The notes under the pieces are model-generated. The model was not told the DNA's origin and made no database searches. It saw nothing but the letters and a program-made list of their open reading frames with translations. From contig NW_026937974.1 in assembly GCF_032062105.1 (NCBI RefSeq), forward strand, positions 1-64,000: a stretch of DNA of 64,000 bases. Direction: 5' to 3'. Position 1 is the stretch's first letter. Each line of letters starts with the position of its first letter. This document shows positions 50,042 to 62,002 of the stretch, piece by piece. This DNA comes from Saccostrea cucullata. Lineage: Eukaryota. The translations under genes were made by a program, and so were the position numbers.

Positions 50042-52253
50042 AAATGGTGAATAGATTCTCATTGGTTCAGAAATTAATAACAATGGCAACTTTAAATTGT
50101 TGCTGACAACAATGAGACGACTTAAGCCCCATCTCTGCCGTAAGAAACGCTTTCATTGGATTATTGCTACACTTGTTGACATTAGCCCGAATTCTATCCT
50201 ATGTATATTTCAGTGAATGAAAAGATGTGTAAATTTCAGACGCTAATAATGGAGTGTCGAGAATACCACGCCTTACTGAAAGTCCAAAGATAACAGAGAA
50301 TTGCACTACTTCAGGCATGCTGTTGCATTGGAGGAAAGGGCTGTAACAAAAATTAATATTGCATTATCAGAAGTGTTTCGTGATAAAAAAAAAAAAAAGT
50401 AGGTTGCCGACACTCAATTTAATTGAAAAACAATTACTGTGCATACAATTTGTCAGTTTGTGTCCACTCCTTGCTTGAAGTACAACCTAGAACTTTGTCA
50501 GTGGATGCATCTTACGAGAAATGTGTCGTGAACTGCTTTAACTAGTCAAATCCTTTCTGAATCAAATACAATGTATTACACTTTTGATGTCTACAGCTAT
50601 CGAACCCCGTTCCTTGCTGCATCGTAACAATGCCAAAATTTTAGAGATTTTAAGATATCTAAAGTAAATCTTTACTCCAAAGTTGTTTCAAACGACAGGG
50701 TCACATTACAACCATGAATGTGCAATAACAGACAGATCTGCATAATGCAGTTCTGTTTCGGATTATTGAGTACACGCATATTATGTATACATGTACCCCA
50801 ATATTTTTATTAAATATAAACTACACGATATACGTGTAGCTTTCTTTTCCTTCGTGGGTGAGAGTGGTCCAAATATGTAACATTTCCTGGCTTTTTTTCA
50901 CGGGTTTTAATATTTTACGAGCCACAAAAACGTCAGATCCGTGCCATTATGAAAACTAAGTCAAGCTTAGTTTTCATTTCCTGCATGTTAAAATGCCAAA
51001 TGTAGGGTGATGTTTTCTTTTCACCAATATTGGTGAGTACTAGAAGCATTGTACTTTTGATAAATTGTGATTTCGGCATTTAATTCGCAAGTATTGAAAA
51101 TCAACTTCGGTTGGAATGGAGACGGAAAAATTTCCAGTTTTTGTCATGGCACCCATTCTACAGTTCTAACGTTTTCCTGGGACATAAAATATCAAAATCG
51201 TAAAAAAAAAGTTTGGAATACGTCTGATCATGCTGATATTTCGAACTTGGGTCAGAGATGAAATACAAATGATTAAACACTAGTTTTTTTCAGATACATA
51301 AACATTTTATTTTTTTCACACTTGGAATACCTTCATATTTGAGCTCTTCCATCTTCCCCAAAAGCATATATAGGAAGAAATTGCAAGTCCAAAAATTTTG
51401 ATAGCTTTAGGGTCCTAATACACTACTACAATGTACATGTACTTTGACATAAGAAATGGAGATAAGTTCTTTTCAGTCACAGTAAATGATTAGAAAACAA
51501 TCTCGATAAAAAACATGCATGTGTACACTGATGTCTCAGGAATAATTCCTTTATAAAGCTTACATTTGAATACTTGTTCTTGATTCATCAGGTATACAGT
51601 GTAAATTATTTTTTCTTCAAATTCAAATTCTCAATTCAACGCAATACATGTATTTCCATAAATTGCATCAATCAATCATTTCATCATTGAAACTTTGATG
51701 ATACTAAATAAAATGAACACAAAACATGTACATATACTCAATCTTTTCCACAAACATGAATCACCGTAGGTTTAATATATCAAGATTTTTAACTCACTCA
51801 TTCTCTCAAAAAAAAATCACATCCTTTGGAAGTTATACTCACATACACACCAAATAATTAAAACACCGTGCACAATACCATCACCTCAGGTACAGATTCA
51901 CAGTTCAAATACATGTACTCACAAAGCATTCTTACACTTACATTTCATAACATTCTCATAACATTCTCATGAAAACTAAACACTAAATACATACAAACAA
52001 ATCATAGTACATGTATTAAAATTTTTCTTTGAAATACCAAAACTTGACTTTCATTTTTAAAAAAAATCATTTTAAACAATCTTCTATTTTTTTAAAAAAA
52101 AAAATCATTTCAATAACCTCTTGATGTTTTTAATTTTACAAAATGGCCTCCATGAAATAAAGCACTTCATTTACACATAACGAGGAATTAGACCAGCCGT
52201 CCACACAGATCTGTATATCGCTGCCTTGTGAACCCCCTCCATTACGTACCGGA

Positions 52254-55200
52254 CTAGAATCGATTTGGACTGTACTCATCTGGAAACTTAAACTTGTGTG
52301 AGCCATCTCCCATTACTTTGGGTAGGGTGCCAGCATTGGGAATGACATTCCAGGACAGAGTCAAAGTGATGTTCTTATTCCCCCTGTAAAATCAATACTG
52401 TGTAGTATTATAATTATATGTAACATACTAGGAAGTCAGTTGTGACTTAAATTAACATCAAGTCAAGTCAAACATGCATGGTAAAAGTTCACAAATGATA
52501 GACACAACTTGCACCAGAAAAACATATGCAGCAGACAAGGTCTTTTTTCAGACAACTTTCTTTTTTTAAATTTAATCTTAAATTCCTCTCTGTGCAATAT
52601 ATTGCCAGGTTACCTCTCGATATATGATTACACAATCAAATACAAGCGGACAACATTCAGCACTTTAAACATGCCAATCAAGTAATATAAATATGCCACT
52701 GTGACAAGCAGACAACAGGTGAGATTGTTTTCTGTAATGCTAAGATATTTCAGACATTTTCCTATGAGATTTTTTTCAGCATTATTTGGGAGAAAAAAAA
52801 AGTCAACCAAATTTTCTCCAACAAGTGCTCAGTGCCAAATGACTGAGAATGATATTAGATCGTCAATTTAACAACTGCAACCTGTTTGCAGAAAGTAATT
52901 TATATTTCTCACTAGTCACTACAGGGTTTCACTCCATTTTACAAAATGCATTACTTTCTTATGTGTTTCCAAGTTAGTGTTTATTCTTTTAAAATCAAAA
53001 TGGTCAAAAAAAGGCAATATCACAAATATTAAATGGACATACATGTAAGTTGGGGTGGTAGTCCAGTCAATGAACTACAGGACCCGAAACAAATTGCAAA
53101 AGAAGAAATAAATGCATAGAAAGTTTCATTTATGTTCTGTTATTAATCTATAAAAATTCGCCATTGATTAGTTACTGTATAGTAATTTTCTGCGAATTAT
53201 TTAAATTCTCCTTAAACGAAATTCATTATAACGTAATGTCCCCTCCATATGCAATAGGCCTACGGAACATGACGTCATAACAACATAACGACGGATGATA
53301 ATCTGCTAATATTATGTAAGTATTCTATACTAATTCAATATATTTATAATATTTTACAGGAATTACTTTATTCCGATACGCAACTATCAATAGTATTAGC
53401 TAAAACAGTATCATTATGTTTCAATGGATCGTAGCAGACGCATATCCCCCATAATAAAGAATTTTGTTAAAAATACTTAAACTGTCAATAATATAATACT
53501 CACATTCAACATATTAATTAGAATTATCGTTTTACAAAGAAAACCAAAGTATTTCTCTGATATGTCGCTGATTATTTACGTTTTTATCGATGTGTTTACC
53601 TAGACTCTGTCCAAAATAAAAAAGTACGACAGCCCAGTGCAGTCATATTGATTGAATCTAAAAGTTAACGGTAGTTTAATTAATTTTATGTGTTTGCATC
53701 TTTTAGCCAAAAAAAAAAAAATAATAATAATTTTAAAAAATAATAATAATATTTAGCAAATATTAGAAGAACCAAGCTTTATTATTATTTCCTTTCATTT
53801 AGGATTACTGCACTTTTTGATGAAAGATTTGAATATGGAACAGAGTCTATCAAGTTTATGTGTGTTTTGTTCAAAATCATTAGACAATGGAACAGAATTG
53901 ACAGTTTTACGCGAAAAGGGTTGTGATACAATTAATAAATCTAGTGAAATTCTTAATGCAGGTATAATAACACATCCTGGGCAAAAAGTTCATAAAAATT
54001 GTAGGCGAGATTTCTGCAGACACAAAGAAATACGTCGCCATGAAAGTGTACCTACACATGTCCTTGAGGACAAAACATTATCTCTGCGTTCAAAAGCAAA
54101 CGCCTTTTCATTTAAAGACCATTGTCTTTTTTGTTCACAGATGGTCAAAACTGATGGAAATAAGCGAAGCCTGGACTGCTTCCCTGTACATACTTTTGAT
54201 TTTCAGCGTACTATAGCATCAATTTGCTCTGAAAGAGGGGATGATTGGGGCAATGAAGTAAGAAAGCGAATAGAGTTTGGAAGAGATCTCCCAGCTGTCG
54301 ATGCTGTATACCATCAAGTATGCAATGTTAATTTCAGAACTGGAAAACAAATTCCTAAACAACTGCAGTCCGAGCCAAATTTGAAAAACCAGAGATTGAG
54401 CGTAGGAAGACCAGAAAATCTAAATCAGATGAAAGCATTCCTGAAAGTAGTAGAATATTTGGAAAACAATGATGATGAACAAATCACAATATCAGATCTT
54501 GTAATGAAGATGAAGGAATACTGTACTGATGAGCCATATAGTTTCGTTTACATGAAGAAAAAACTGTTAGAGTATTTTGGTAAGTCCATTGTTATAGCAG
54601 AAATAAATGGAAAACAGAATGTTGTGACATTTAGATCAACAGCCTCGGAAATTCTTCATAACTTCTACAGCCAACCGAAAGAGGAAGACCTCAAGGAGAA
54701 ACAGATTAGGATCATCGAAACGGCCGCAAAACTTCTTTGCAGTGACATAAAGACTGTTAAAACAAATAAATCTACTTATCCAGATCCACTTTCACTGTCA
54801 TCAGATGAATCTAATCTAGAATTTTTACCAGAGTCACTTAAATGTTTTTTGACAACACTACTGGGAAATAGAAAAAACGATACGAAAGTTTCGTCAATTG
54901 GACAGACGATGATGCAAGCAGTGAGACCCCGAGTATTGATGGCACCATTACAGATCGGTTTAGGTGTGCAGCTTCGTCATCATTTTGCATCTAAATTTCT
55001 GATAGATGTACTAAACAGTCTTGGCTTTTGTGCATCCTACTTCGAGGTGTCCAAATTTGAATCATGTGCTGCTGTTTCAAAAAGAACTTACATACCAGAT
55101 ACATTTGGTGATGGCCTTATCCAATTTTCAGCGGATAATGTCGATCATAACCTGATCACTTTGGACTGCAGTGGTACATTCCATGGAATGGGGATAATTG

Positions 55201-58200
55201 CTTCCATTACACCGGGTGTTGAATCCAGTACGCCAATACCTAGAGTTGATGTAACATGTGAAGAAATCATAGGGGCGGGGAAGATCGATATTAAATATTA
55301 TAAAGCACAAACTGAAACAACCTCTTCATTTATACTTAAGAAGTTGAGTTGCGGACAGTACAAAGATGAAACGGCAAACCTTGAAACTCTGCTTAAAATT
55401 TCGTGGCCTTTGCAAACTTTACGACTTAGTTGGTCGGGATTTATGCAGAGCTATCAAAAGGGAGAGCACCCAGGACAATCATCTATTTGCTTTATGCCAA
55501 TGATTGATATGAATCCAAGTGATCTGACGTGCATTTATTCTACCCTCCTGTTCCTTTGCAAAGAGAGTTCGCGTCTAAGTGTGACCCCTACTGTAACATT
55601 TGATCAACCGCTATACTGGAAGGCGTTAACTATGATCCACAATGAACCACATGGAAGTCCCCTCAAGGCCATAGTTTTACGACTAGGAGGATTCCACATG
55701 CAAATGAGTTTTCTAGGATGCATTGGGTTCGTTATGCAGAGTTCTGGTCTTTATGAAGTGCTTGAAAATATCTATGCCTCTAATACAATAGAACAAATGT
55801 TGACGGGGAAATCTTTCTCAAGATCATTACGAGGTCATATGATTGTTGATTGTGCTCTACATATTCTGCTTATCTCAAATATCCTAAATTTGCCAATACG
55901 GTGTAATCTTGAAGAAAACACCGAACAAACCAATGAAGACGATGAACAGGACAACAAGCAAAACGCACCGTTGAAAGCGAAGTTTGAGAGGGCAATGCAA
56001 ATGTATCGTCAGTTGCTGTGCGAGTCGATATGTCTTGACGATATTCTAGGAGACCCTGAACTGATGGAAATTGAGCAAAGTATCAAGGAAGAAAAAGACA
56101 GACTCTCCCAATATCCCACCGCCAAGCTATGGATACAGTATATGGATATGGTCTACATTATGAAATGTTTCATTAAAGCAGAGAGAACAGGGAAGTGGCA
56201 AATGCATTTAGAGACCATAAAGAAAATGCTACCTTTTTCTGCGGCAACAGGACACAATTTGTATTTAAAATCTGCATACACATATTTGCAACAAATGCAG
56301 ACTTTAGAAGATGAACATCCAGAAATTTTCCTAAGGTTCTGTGAAGGTTACCATGTTGTTAGACGAAGTGACAGATATTGGGCGGGCCTGTCGACAGATC
56401 TCATTATTGAACAAACTCTAATGAGAAGTGTGAAGACAAATGGAGGAATGACCCGAGGAAAGGGTATGTCTGAAGTACAAAGAGCACAATGGCTATTATC
56501 TATGCCAGCATGTTCCAGCATAAACTCAGCCATGCAGGATTTTGAAAAGTTGCAGTTCAGCACCAGCAATCAGCACAAAGAATGTTCCAGATCTAGACAG
56601 GAAAGAGACAACAAAGACTTGACAACAGTTTTGTCATTTCTATCTGAAAGAAATCCATTTATTGAACACCCCAGTTTGAGAAATATTGAAACAGACGTGA
56701 CAGCTTCTAATGAAGTCAACGTACACAAGGCTCAAGATGTCGGACAGAAAATAATTGAAGAATTAATGGAGGGTCAGGACGTTTTCAAATTGTCTTTCAA
56801 AAGAAGTAAACAAGTAAAAACTTTGAATGAAAAATCAAAGGTCAAAGTACAAGGTGAAAGTGTGAATGTCAGTCCTCAGCTACTATTCCAAAGATTAGTC
56901 ACAGCAGCAAGATCCCTTACTGATGATGTATCGAAAGTGTTTTCCTACGAGCTTAGCAACTACCCATCATCAATGTTTGATACAAACGGGATAATGCGTG
57001 AACCACAGAAATCAAATCTTGCCGATGCACTTTGGGCTCTTGGCGATTGTTCAGCAGATGAAACAACAAGTTCCTGTGAAGTCCAGTATGTTTTAGATGG
57101 GGGATCATTGTTACATCATATTCCGTGGATCAAGGGATTAACTTTTGGTAAAATTGCTCAGATGTATACCAATCATGTCTGTAAGAAATATGGTTCTGCA
57201 ATAGTTGTTTTTGATGGATATGATATTGGACCTTCTACCAAAGATCAAACTCACAACAGACGTACAAAGGGCATTGTAGGAAATAAAGTCATCTTCAATG
57301 AAGACACTCCATTCCGGTCCAAAAAAGAAATGTTTCTGAGGAATTCTGAAAACAAGAAGAATTTCATACAGCTGCTTTCAAACACTTTACGATCTAGAGG
57401 CTGCACAACAATACTAGCGGAAGGGGACGCAGACGTTTTGATAGTTCAGACGACCGTAGCATCAGCTAAAAATATCAAGACAATTCTCATCGGTGAAGAT
57501 ACTGATTTATTGGTATTGCTTTGCTATCACACAAACCCCGCTGACAATGACATTATATTTAAATCAGAAACGAAACCCGTTGCAAAGAAATACAAAGTAT
57601 GGGATCTAAAGAAATTGATAGGTGTAATAGGACAAGAAACATGCAACAATTTGCTTTTTGTTCATGCAATAACAGGTTGTGATACCACCTCAAGATTGTT
57701 TGGTGTTGGAAAAGGACAAGCTCTCAAAAAAGCAATGCACGATTCACTATTTAAAGAATGTGCACGTTGTTTTAACATTGCTTCAACGAAAGAGGAGATA
57801 AAAGTCCTTGGTGAAAAAGCTATCGGATCCCTTTATGGTGGTATTCCCTACGAAGGATTAGATTTGCTAAGATTCCGAAAATTTTATACAAAAGTTATGT
57901 CCAGTTCGACGTTTGTCGAAGTACATACACTACCTCCAACAGCAGACTCTGCGATGTTTCACTCTTTCAGAACATTCTATCAAGTAAAGCAGTGGATGGG
58001 AGAGGACGGGCTTGATTTGAGGGAGTGGGGCTGGGCAGTAGAAAATGACGAGTGTGTGCCAGTTAGGAGCAGTGTTCCCCCTGCACCAGAAGAACTTCTA
58101 AAAACCATATACTGCAAATGTAAAACCGCGTGTGATACTAAACGTTGTACATGCAAAAAACATGGTTTGGAATGTTCTCTGGCCTGTACTGAGTGTCATG

Positions 58201-61200
58201 GTACGACGTGTTGCAACTCTTCTGAGCAACAAAGTGAATCTGAAATTGACTTGCCAGATGTTGACCAAGAACTTTGAAGAGATTTTATTTTAAAACGTAG
58301 ATTTTAATAACGATTTATGTCAAAATCTCTATATTTTGTTGTATCTAGACACCTATATAATGTCAATTTCAATTTTATGATAATTATGCTTGTTTATTTA
58401 AGACTGATAGGTTTAAAAATTTTAACATCAACATCCTGGCTTATATCTGTATCCTTTTATATTTTAAAATACGTGTATAAATTGTAGAGCTTTAAAACAC
58501 GATTCTTTGCTTATGAAGTGCAAAAAGGTCATATCAATTATACAAATTATCTAGATTTAAATAAAAATGAAGTTGTATTAAATTTTTATTAATGTCTATA
58601 GGCTTGTAAACCTATTTCATGTTTTGTTTCATCACATTAGATCAGTTTCAAAGAGAACAACTTTTATATATGCCCATCATTTATGTGTCATTTTCTCGCG
58701 ATCATTGATATCATATGTTATATTTTAGATCCATAAAAAATCACTTTCCCCTTAGTATACAAATTGCGAATTTTTTTCCTGCAATAATTACTTAATATGT
58801 GAAATAAATTTAGTGTTAAACATTCTTTTGCAATTTGTTTTGGGTTTTGCAAAATCTGTCGTTCATTGACTAGACTATGGGGGGTTGGGGGTAATGAAAC
58901 ATAATGATGTGAAGCTTAAGCAAAAACAGCCTGTAAATTGATGATTAAATTTACTGAACTTACCTTAGTCCATTCCCGTAGTCCCAGAAATAATACTTTG
59001 TATTGATACTTCTGTAATCCAGCATGGAGTTCTCTCCCCTTCTGATAATTTTGTCCCAAATTACAACTTGGTTTAATTTCTGTACAAGAAACAAAAAATA
59101 AAAAAAAATCAGGTTTTCATATTCCTCAATTATGTCATTCTGAAGATAAGAATCTGAAAAGCTAATAAACAGTACTGCCATTGAAACACTGATGTAGAGG
59201 AATTTTCTTCTTAACTTTCTTACAATTTATAATAATTTTACATGAGTGCATAGGGTTTCTTTTGGCTTTAATTACAATAATAAATATATGTTCATTCTAC
59301 ATGCATTTAATTACAAATATTTGTAGTGAAAACACCTGAATACTTCAGTTTTATTTATGAACAATTCAGAACAAATATTTTTTCATCAGCTATAATATTG
59401 ATGCTGAAATTCTCATCAATGGCAGTTGAGATAAACAGAAGTACACTTACATGCTCTGGTGTTTCATATTCTGCTGTTAGGTATAAAAATAGTTGTTTTA
59501 CATTCCAGTTAAATATTTTTGTTAAATCTGCTTTTAATTAAGGAATTTAAATTAAGAAACAATATTAAATTGCATAGATAAAATTTCTGAAACAATGTAA
59601 TAACTCATATTTTAAAGTTGAAACTAAAAAAATCATTAAAAATTTAACTATTTTTAAGAATTCTGAGACCCCATTATATTTTTGTCTTTTAAAAAATGAT
59701 TTTTTTAAGTTGTCCACATCATTATAATATATACATGTTTACTGCATTTAACAGTTTGAGATGTGAATATCAGTCTGGATAGCCCAGTAGATTTAGCATC
59801 TGACTAATGATTCAAGGTTCCCCTGTTCAGTTCCAAGTCTAACCATAAATTTTCTCAATTCTTGATATATTATTTGTACTTTAATCATGATGTGTTAGGC
59901 TAAAGACCTTCAACAGAGCAAGGGTAGAGTCTGTGCTGGTTTCTGCTGGAGGCAAAGACCTTGAAATGAGGGGATTGACCACCAGGCAGATTCTATCACC
60001 TTTGACCAAATAGCTCAGCTTCGATTCCTAGTCAAGCCATAATTTTCTCCCCTGTTTCATAATTTTGTGTTTATATTGATCACCCATGAACTTGCAGGTG
60101 AAAATCCTACCATGGGCAAATAAAAGCTTGGGTGTGTATTTAAGAGCAAAGACCTGCATTTTACGGATGCAGGGAAAAGCTAGGGTTTTTTTTTTTAAAC
60201 TGGGACAGCTTGGAACCGAGAGTGAGAAGGTAGAGTATAGGACAAGTGATGCAGCTGGCCTGGGTTCAATTCCCAGTCCTGTCATACATGTATGCATTTT
60301 ACTCCTTTTCTGTTATATGATTATGCAAAAAGTATGTATCTAATTATCATTTTTAAAAGGATATCAGTTGTCATGTCAAAGACAACAAAGCCTAGATCGC
60401 TCTTTTCTCTGTTTGCACTGTAGTCAGGAACATTTTTTCTGTAAGAGTAAGCAAATGTTAATTTCATGAGATTATGAGCATGATAAAAATATTCAACTTT
60501 AAAGATTGACCACAAAAGTTTACATGATTACAGATTTATTTCTTTTATCCTATCAGTATGTGAATGTAGACAGGTCTAGGTCTTTCGGTCTCTGATTCAG
60601 CAATACAGATTAAAGGTTTAATTACTGTAGGTCGTTTTGATTCCACGTGTTAAAATTTCACGATTTCTCAAAAAGTACCAATCATGATGGTTTTAAATTC
60701 ATGCTACAAGAAATTAATTAAAATTCCATATAAGCATTTAACCATTAGTTAATGATAGCATTCACAATGGGTTTTATTCCGCGGAAACATGATGAATCAC
60801 GAACACAGTGAAATTAAAACCATCGTGATTATTTGTCAATCTACAGTATCTCAGTGAGATTTGTTGAGGCTAGGAATTTTGAACAAAGACTCCAGACGTT
60901 TAGTTCAACCTTTATATTTCCTTGCTAAAAATTGTTCTACTGCTTACAAACAAATAATATTGTGAGGCTTTCTCTTTAAGCCTTGAACTTCTTAAATGAG
61001 AATAAAAATGAGGAGGAAATACATCACATATGCTACCGGCTTTATGCTTTTTTCAATACTTACACAATCGCCTTTCCTGTACCAAGGTAGACCGATGTTT
61101 TGTGTGAATTAAATGCTGTTGTAAGAAAACAGCAAAACGTTAATGCTGCCATCACGCTGAGCGTGAAGGCAAATATTGTATTCAATCTGGATAGAAATGT

Positions 61201-61206
61201 GTTCAT
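52254..61206 (-). CDS. SPCS3: Signal peptidase complex subunit 3 (SPC22/23), 5 exons, 179 aa
   Basis: Exons 61206-61064, 60438-60365, 59527-59451, 59079-58964 and 52383-52254 total 540 nt in frame: [32 protein letters not shown]...KNVPDY...[33 protein letters not shown]...[10 protein letters not shown]...[31 protein letters not shown]...FPDEY. Recognised as an SPC22 family protein. Confidence 0.96.
53059..58877 (+). mobile_element. Full-length Academ DNA transposon (5819 bp) in SPCS3 intron 4
   Basis: TIRs TAGTCCAGTCAATGAACTACAG / CTGTCGTTCATTGACTAGACTA plus inner AAACAAATTGCAAAAGAA; 3-bp TSD TGG (53056-53058, 58878-58880). Confidence 0.92.
53817..58277 (+). CDS. Academ transposase with XPG/PIN-like nuclease and C-terminal Cys-rich zinc finger (~1485 aa), uninterrupted
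   Basis: DAVYHQVC; ADNVD..GTFHGMG; TFDQPLY..RLGGFH; [10 protein letters not shown]; XPG-like LDGG, FDGY, EGDAD, GEDTD, TGCDTTS; LPPT; [28 protein letters not shown]. First ATG at 53820. Confidence 0.9.
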   Translation: MMKDLNMEQSLSSLCVFCSKSLDNGTELTVLREKGCDTINKSSEILNAGIITHPGQKVHKNCRRDFCRHKEIRRHESVPTHVLEDKTLSLRSKANAFSFKDHCLFCSQMVKTDGNKRSLDCFPVHTFDFQRTIASICSERGDDWGNEVRKRIEFGRDLPAVDAVYHQVCNVNFRTGKQIPKQLQSEPNLKNQRLSVGRPENLNQMKAFLKVVEYLENNDDEQITISDLVMKMKEYCTDEPYSFVYMKKKLLEYFGKSIVIAEINGKQNVVTFRSTASEILHNFYSQPKEEDLKEKQIRIIETAAKLLCSDIKTVKTNKSTYPDPLSLSSDESNLEFLPESLKCFLTTLLGNRKNDTKVSSIGQTMMQAVRPRVLMAPLQIGLGVQLRHHFASKFLIDVLNSLGFCASYFEVSKFESCAAVSKRTYIPDTFGDGLIQFSADNVDHNLITLDCSGTFHGMGIIASITPGVESSTPIPRVDVTCEEIIGAGKIDIKYYKAQTETTSSFILKKLSCGQYKDETANLETLLKISWPLQTLRLSWSGFMQSYQKGEHPGQSSICFMPMIDMNPSDLTCIYSTLLFLCKESSRLSVTPTVTFDQPLYWKALTMIHNEPHGSPLKAIVLRLGGFHMQMSFLGCIGFVMQSSGLYEVLENIYASNTIEQMLTGKSFSRSLRGHMIVDCALHILLISNILNLPIRCNLEENTEQTNEDDEQDNKQNAPLKAKFERAMQMYRQLLCESICLDDILGDPELMEIEQSIKEEKDRLSQYPTAKLWIQYMDMVYIMKCFIKAERTGKWQMHLETIKKMLPFSAATGHNLYLKSAYTYLQQMQTLEDEHPEIFLRFCEGYHVVRRSDRYWAGLSTDLIIEQTLMRSVKTNGGMTRGKGMSEVQRAQWLLSMPACSSINSAMQDFEKLQFSTSNQHKECSRSRQERDNKDLTTVLSFLSERNPFIEHPSLRNIETDVTASNEVNVHKAQDVGQKIIEELMEGQDVFKLSFKRSKQVKTLNEKSKVKVQGESVNVSPQLLFQRLVTAARSLTDDVSKVFSYELSNYPSSMFDTNGIMREPQKSNLADALWALGDCSADETTSSCEVQYVLDGGSLLHHIPWIKGLTFGKIAQMYTNHVCKKYGSAIVVFDGYDIGPSTKDQTHNRRTKGIVGNKVIFNEDTPFRSKKEMFLRNSENKKNFIQLLSNTLRSRGCTTILAEGDADVLIVQTTVASAKNIKTILIGEDTDLLVLLCYHTNPADNDIIFKSETKPVAKKYKVWDLKKLIGVIGQETCNNLLFVHAITGCDTTSRLFGVGKGQALKKAMHDSLFKECARCFNIASTKEEIKVLGEKAIGSLYGGIPYEGLDLLRFRKFYTKVMSSSTFVEVHTLPPTADSAMFHSFRTFYQVKQWMGEDGLDLREWGWAVENDECVPVRSSVPPAPEELLKTIYCKCKTACDTKRCTCKKHGLECSLACTECHGTTCCNSSEQQSESEIDLPDVDQEL
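59528..60364 (-). other. U12-type (minor spliceosome) intron with AT-AG termini, SPCS3 intron 2
   Basis: 5' site ATATCCTTTT at 60364; branch TTCCTTAAT just upstream of CAG at the 3' end with no polypyrimidine tract; only this junction keeps the frame (G|AT = Asp). Confidence 0.88.
60623..60848. mobile_element. Short TACTGTAG...CTACAGTA MITE in SPCS3 intron 1
   Basis: Terminal TACTGTAG / CTACAGTA with degenerate internal inverted repeats. Confidence 0.5.
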
Positions 61207-61479
61207 TTTGGAGAGATTGAAAGCGGAAGTGCTCGTCAGCACATTTAAACTAAAATTCGATCCAAAATGTTCCGGTTTGTCATGTAACATTCTTTTTTAT
61301 TATTATTATTATTTATCTATTTATTTGTGGAGGGAAGGGGACTTTTTTTATTCCGCAGTCTCATATTTTTTACATACCACCTGTATGGGATCTAGATTTC
61401 ATTATTTCTGGGGCTTCGGGAAAATATTTTCCGTCACATAGCCTATATCACATGATAAGTTGTATCACATGATCGGGCG
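61207..61479. promoter_or_regulatory. Compact bidirectional promoter region (SPCS3 / PRCP-like)
   Basis: 273 bp between divergent ATGs; ETS-like CGGAAGTG at ~61224; two TCACATGA (CLEAR/M-box) at 61448-61455 and 61465-61472. Confidence 0.7.
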
Positions 61480-61647
61480 ATGGCGGCTTACATCAAACAT
61501 TGTCCTGTTGTAATTACTGTTGTTGTTCTTATTTGTTGTGCATGTGTTGTCAACTGTATACTTATAAAGACGAACAACATTCAGAAGGAGGTTTTTAGAT
61601 CATACAAAGGGGACTATAACTACAAAACAAAGTACTTCACGCAAAAG
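61480..61647 (+). CDS. PRCP: Exon 1 of lysosomal Pro-X carboxypeptidase-like (peptidase S28) gene
   Basis: MAAYIKHCPVVITVVVLICCACVVNC (signal peptide)...YNYKTKYFTQK|gtatat; resembles the PRCP N-terminal Y...YFxQK that precedes VDHF; later exons were not found in the window. DPP7 is an alternative. Confidence 0.7.
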
Positions 61648-61867
61648 GTATATTTTTGAAGGGCGTCTTAGCATATCGTTATGCCAGAGACATAAATACA
61701 ATGTAACTTGTTATTTATGTCTGCCAGATCCTTTCTTGGGAAAAAAAATGGACCCCCCCCCACCTTCCCAGAAAAAAAAAATTATAAACTGTACATATCT
61801 ATATGCCAACATGCAAATATATATCAATATATATATCAAATTGTCATTACATATATACTTTTTTCTA

Positions 61868-62002
61868 TAAGTGCCGTTTTGACCAAGTGCCGTTTTAACC
61901 AAGTGCCGTTTTGACCAAGTGCCGTTTTCACTAGGTGCCGTTTTGCATAATCCAGGTGCCGTTTTCACCAGGTGCCGTTTTCACCAGGTACCGTTCTAAC
62001 CA
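61868..62002. repeat. 16-bp tandem repeat (about 8 copies)
   Basis: GTGCCGTTTT(G/C/A)ACCA(A/G) repeated; typical subterminal array of a MITE remnant. Confidence 0.85.

Larger units (their letters stand above)
46009..50303. mobile_element. Small MITE (~50-bp TIRs) split by the RTE insertion
   Basis: CAATGCTCTGTCATCCTTGAAATTTCAATAAGGCGTGGCATTCTCGGCGCT (~46009-46058) is the approximate reverse complement of AGTGTCGAGAATACCACGCCTTACTGAAAGTCCAAAGATAACAGAGAATTG (~50253-50303). Confidence 0.7.

Noticed and set aside
53817-58277. Host DNA-repair gene (XPG/FEN1/Asteroid)
   Set aside because: Intronless ORF bounded by TIRs and a TSD with Academ transposase motifs.
59772-60285. tRNA genes at ~59775 and ~60230
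   Set aside because: Degenerate A/B-box-like remnants without a cloverleaf; probably old SINE heads.
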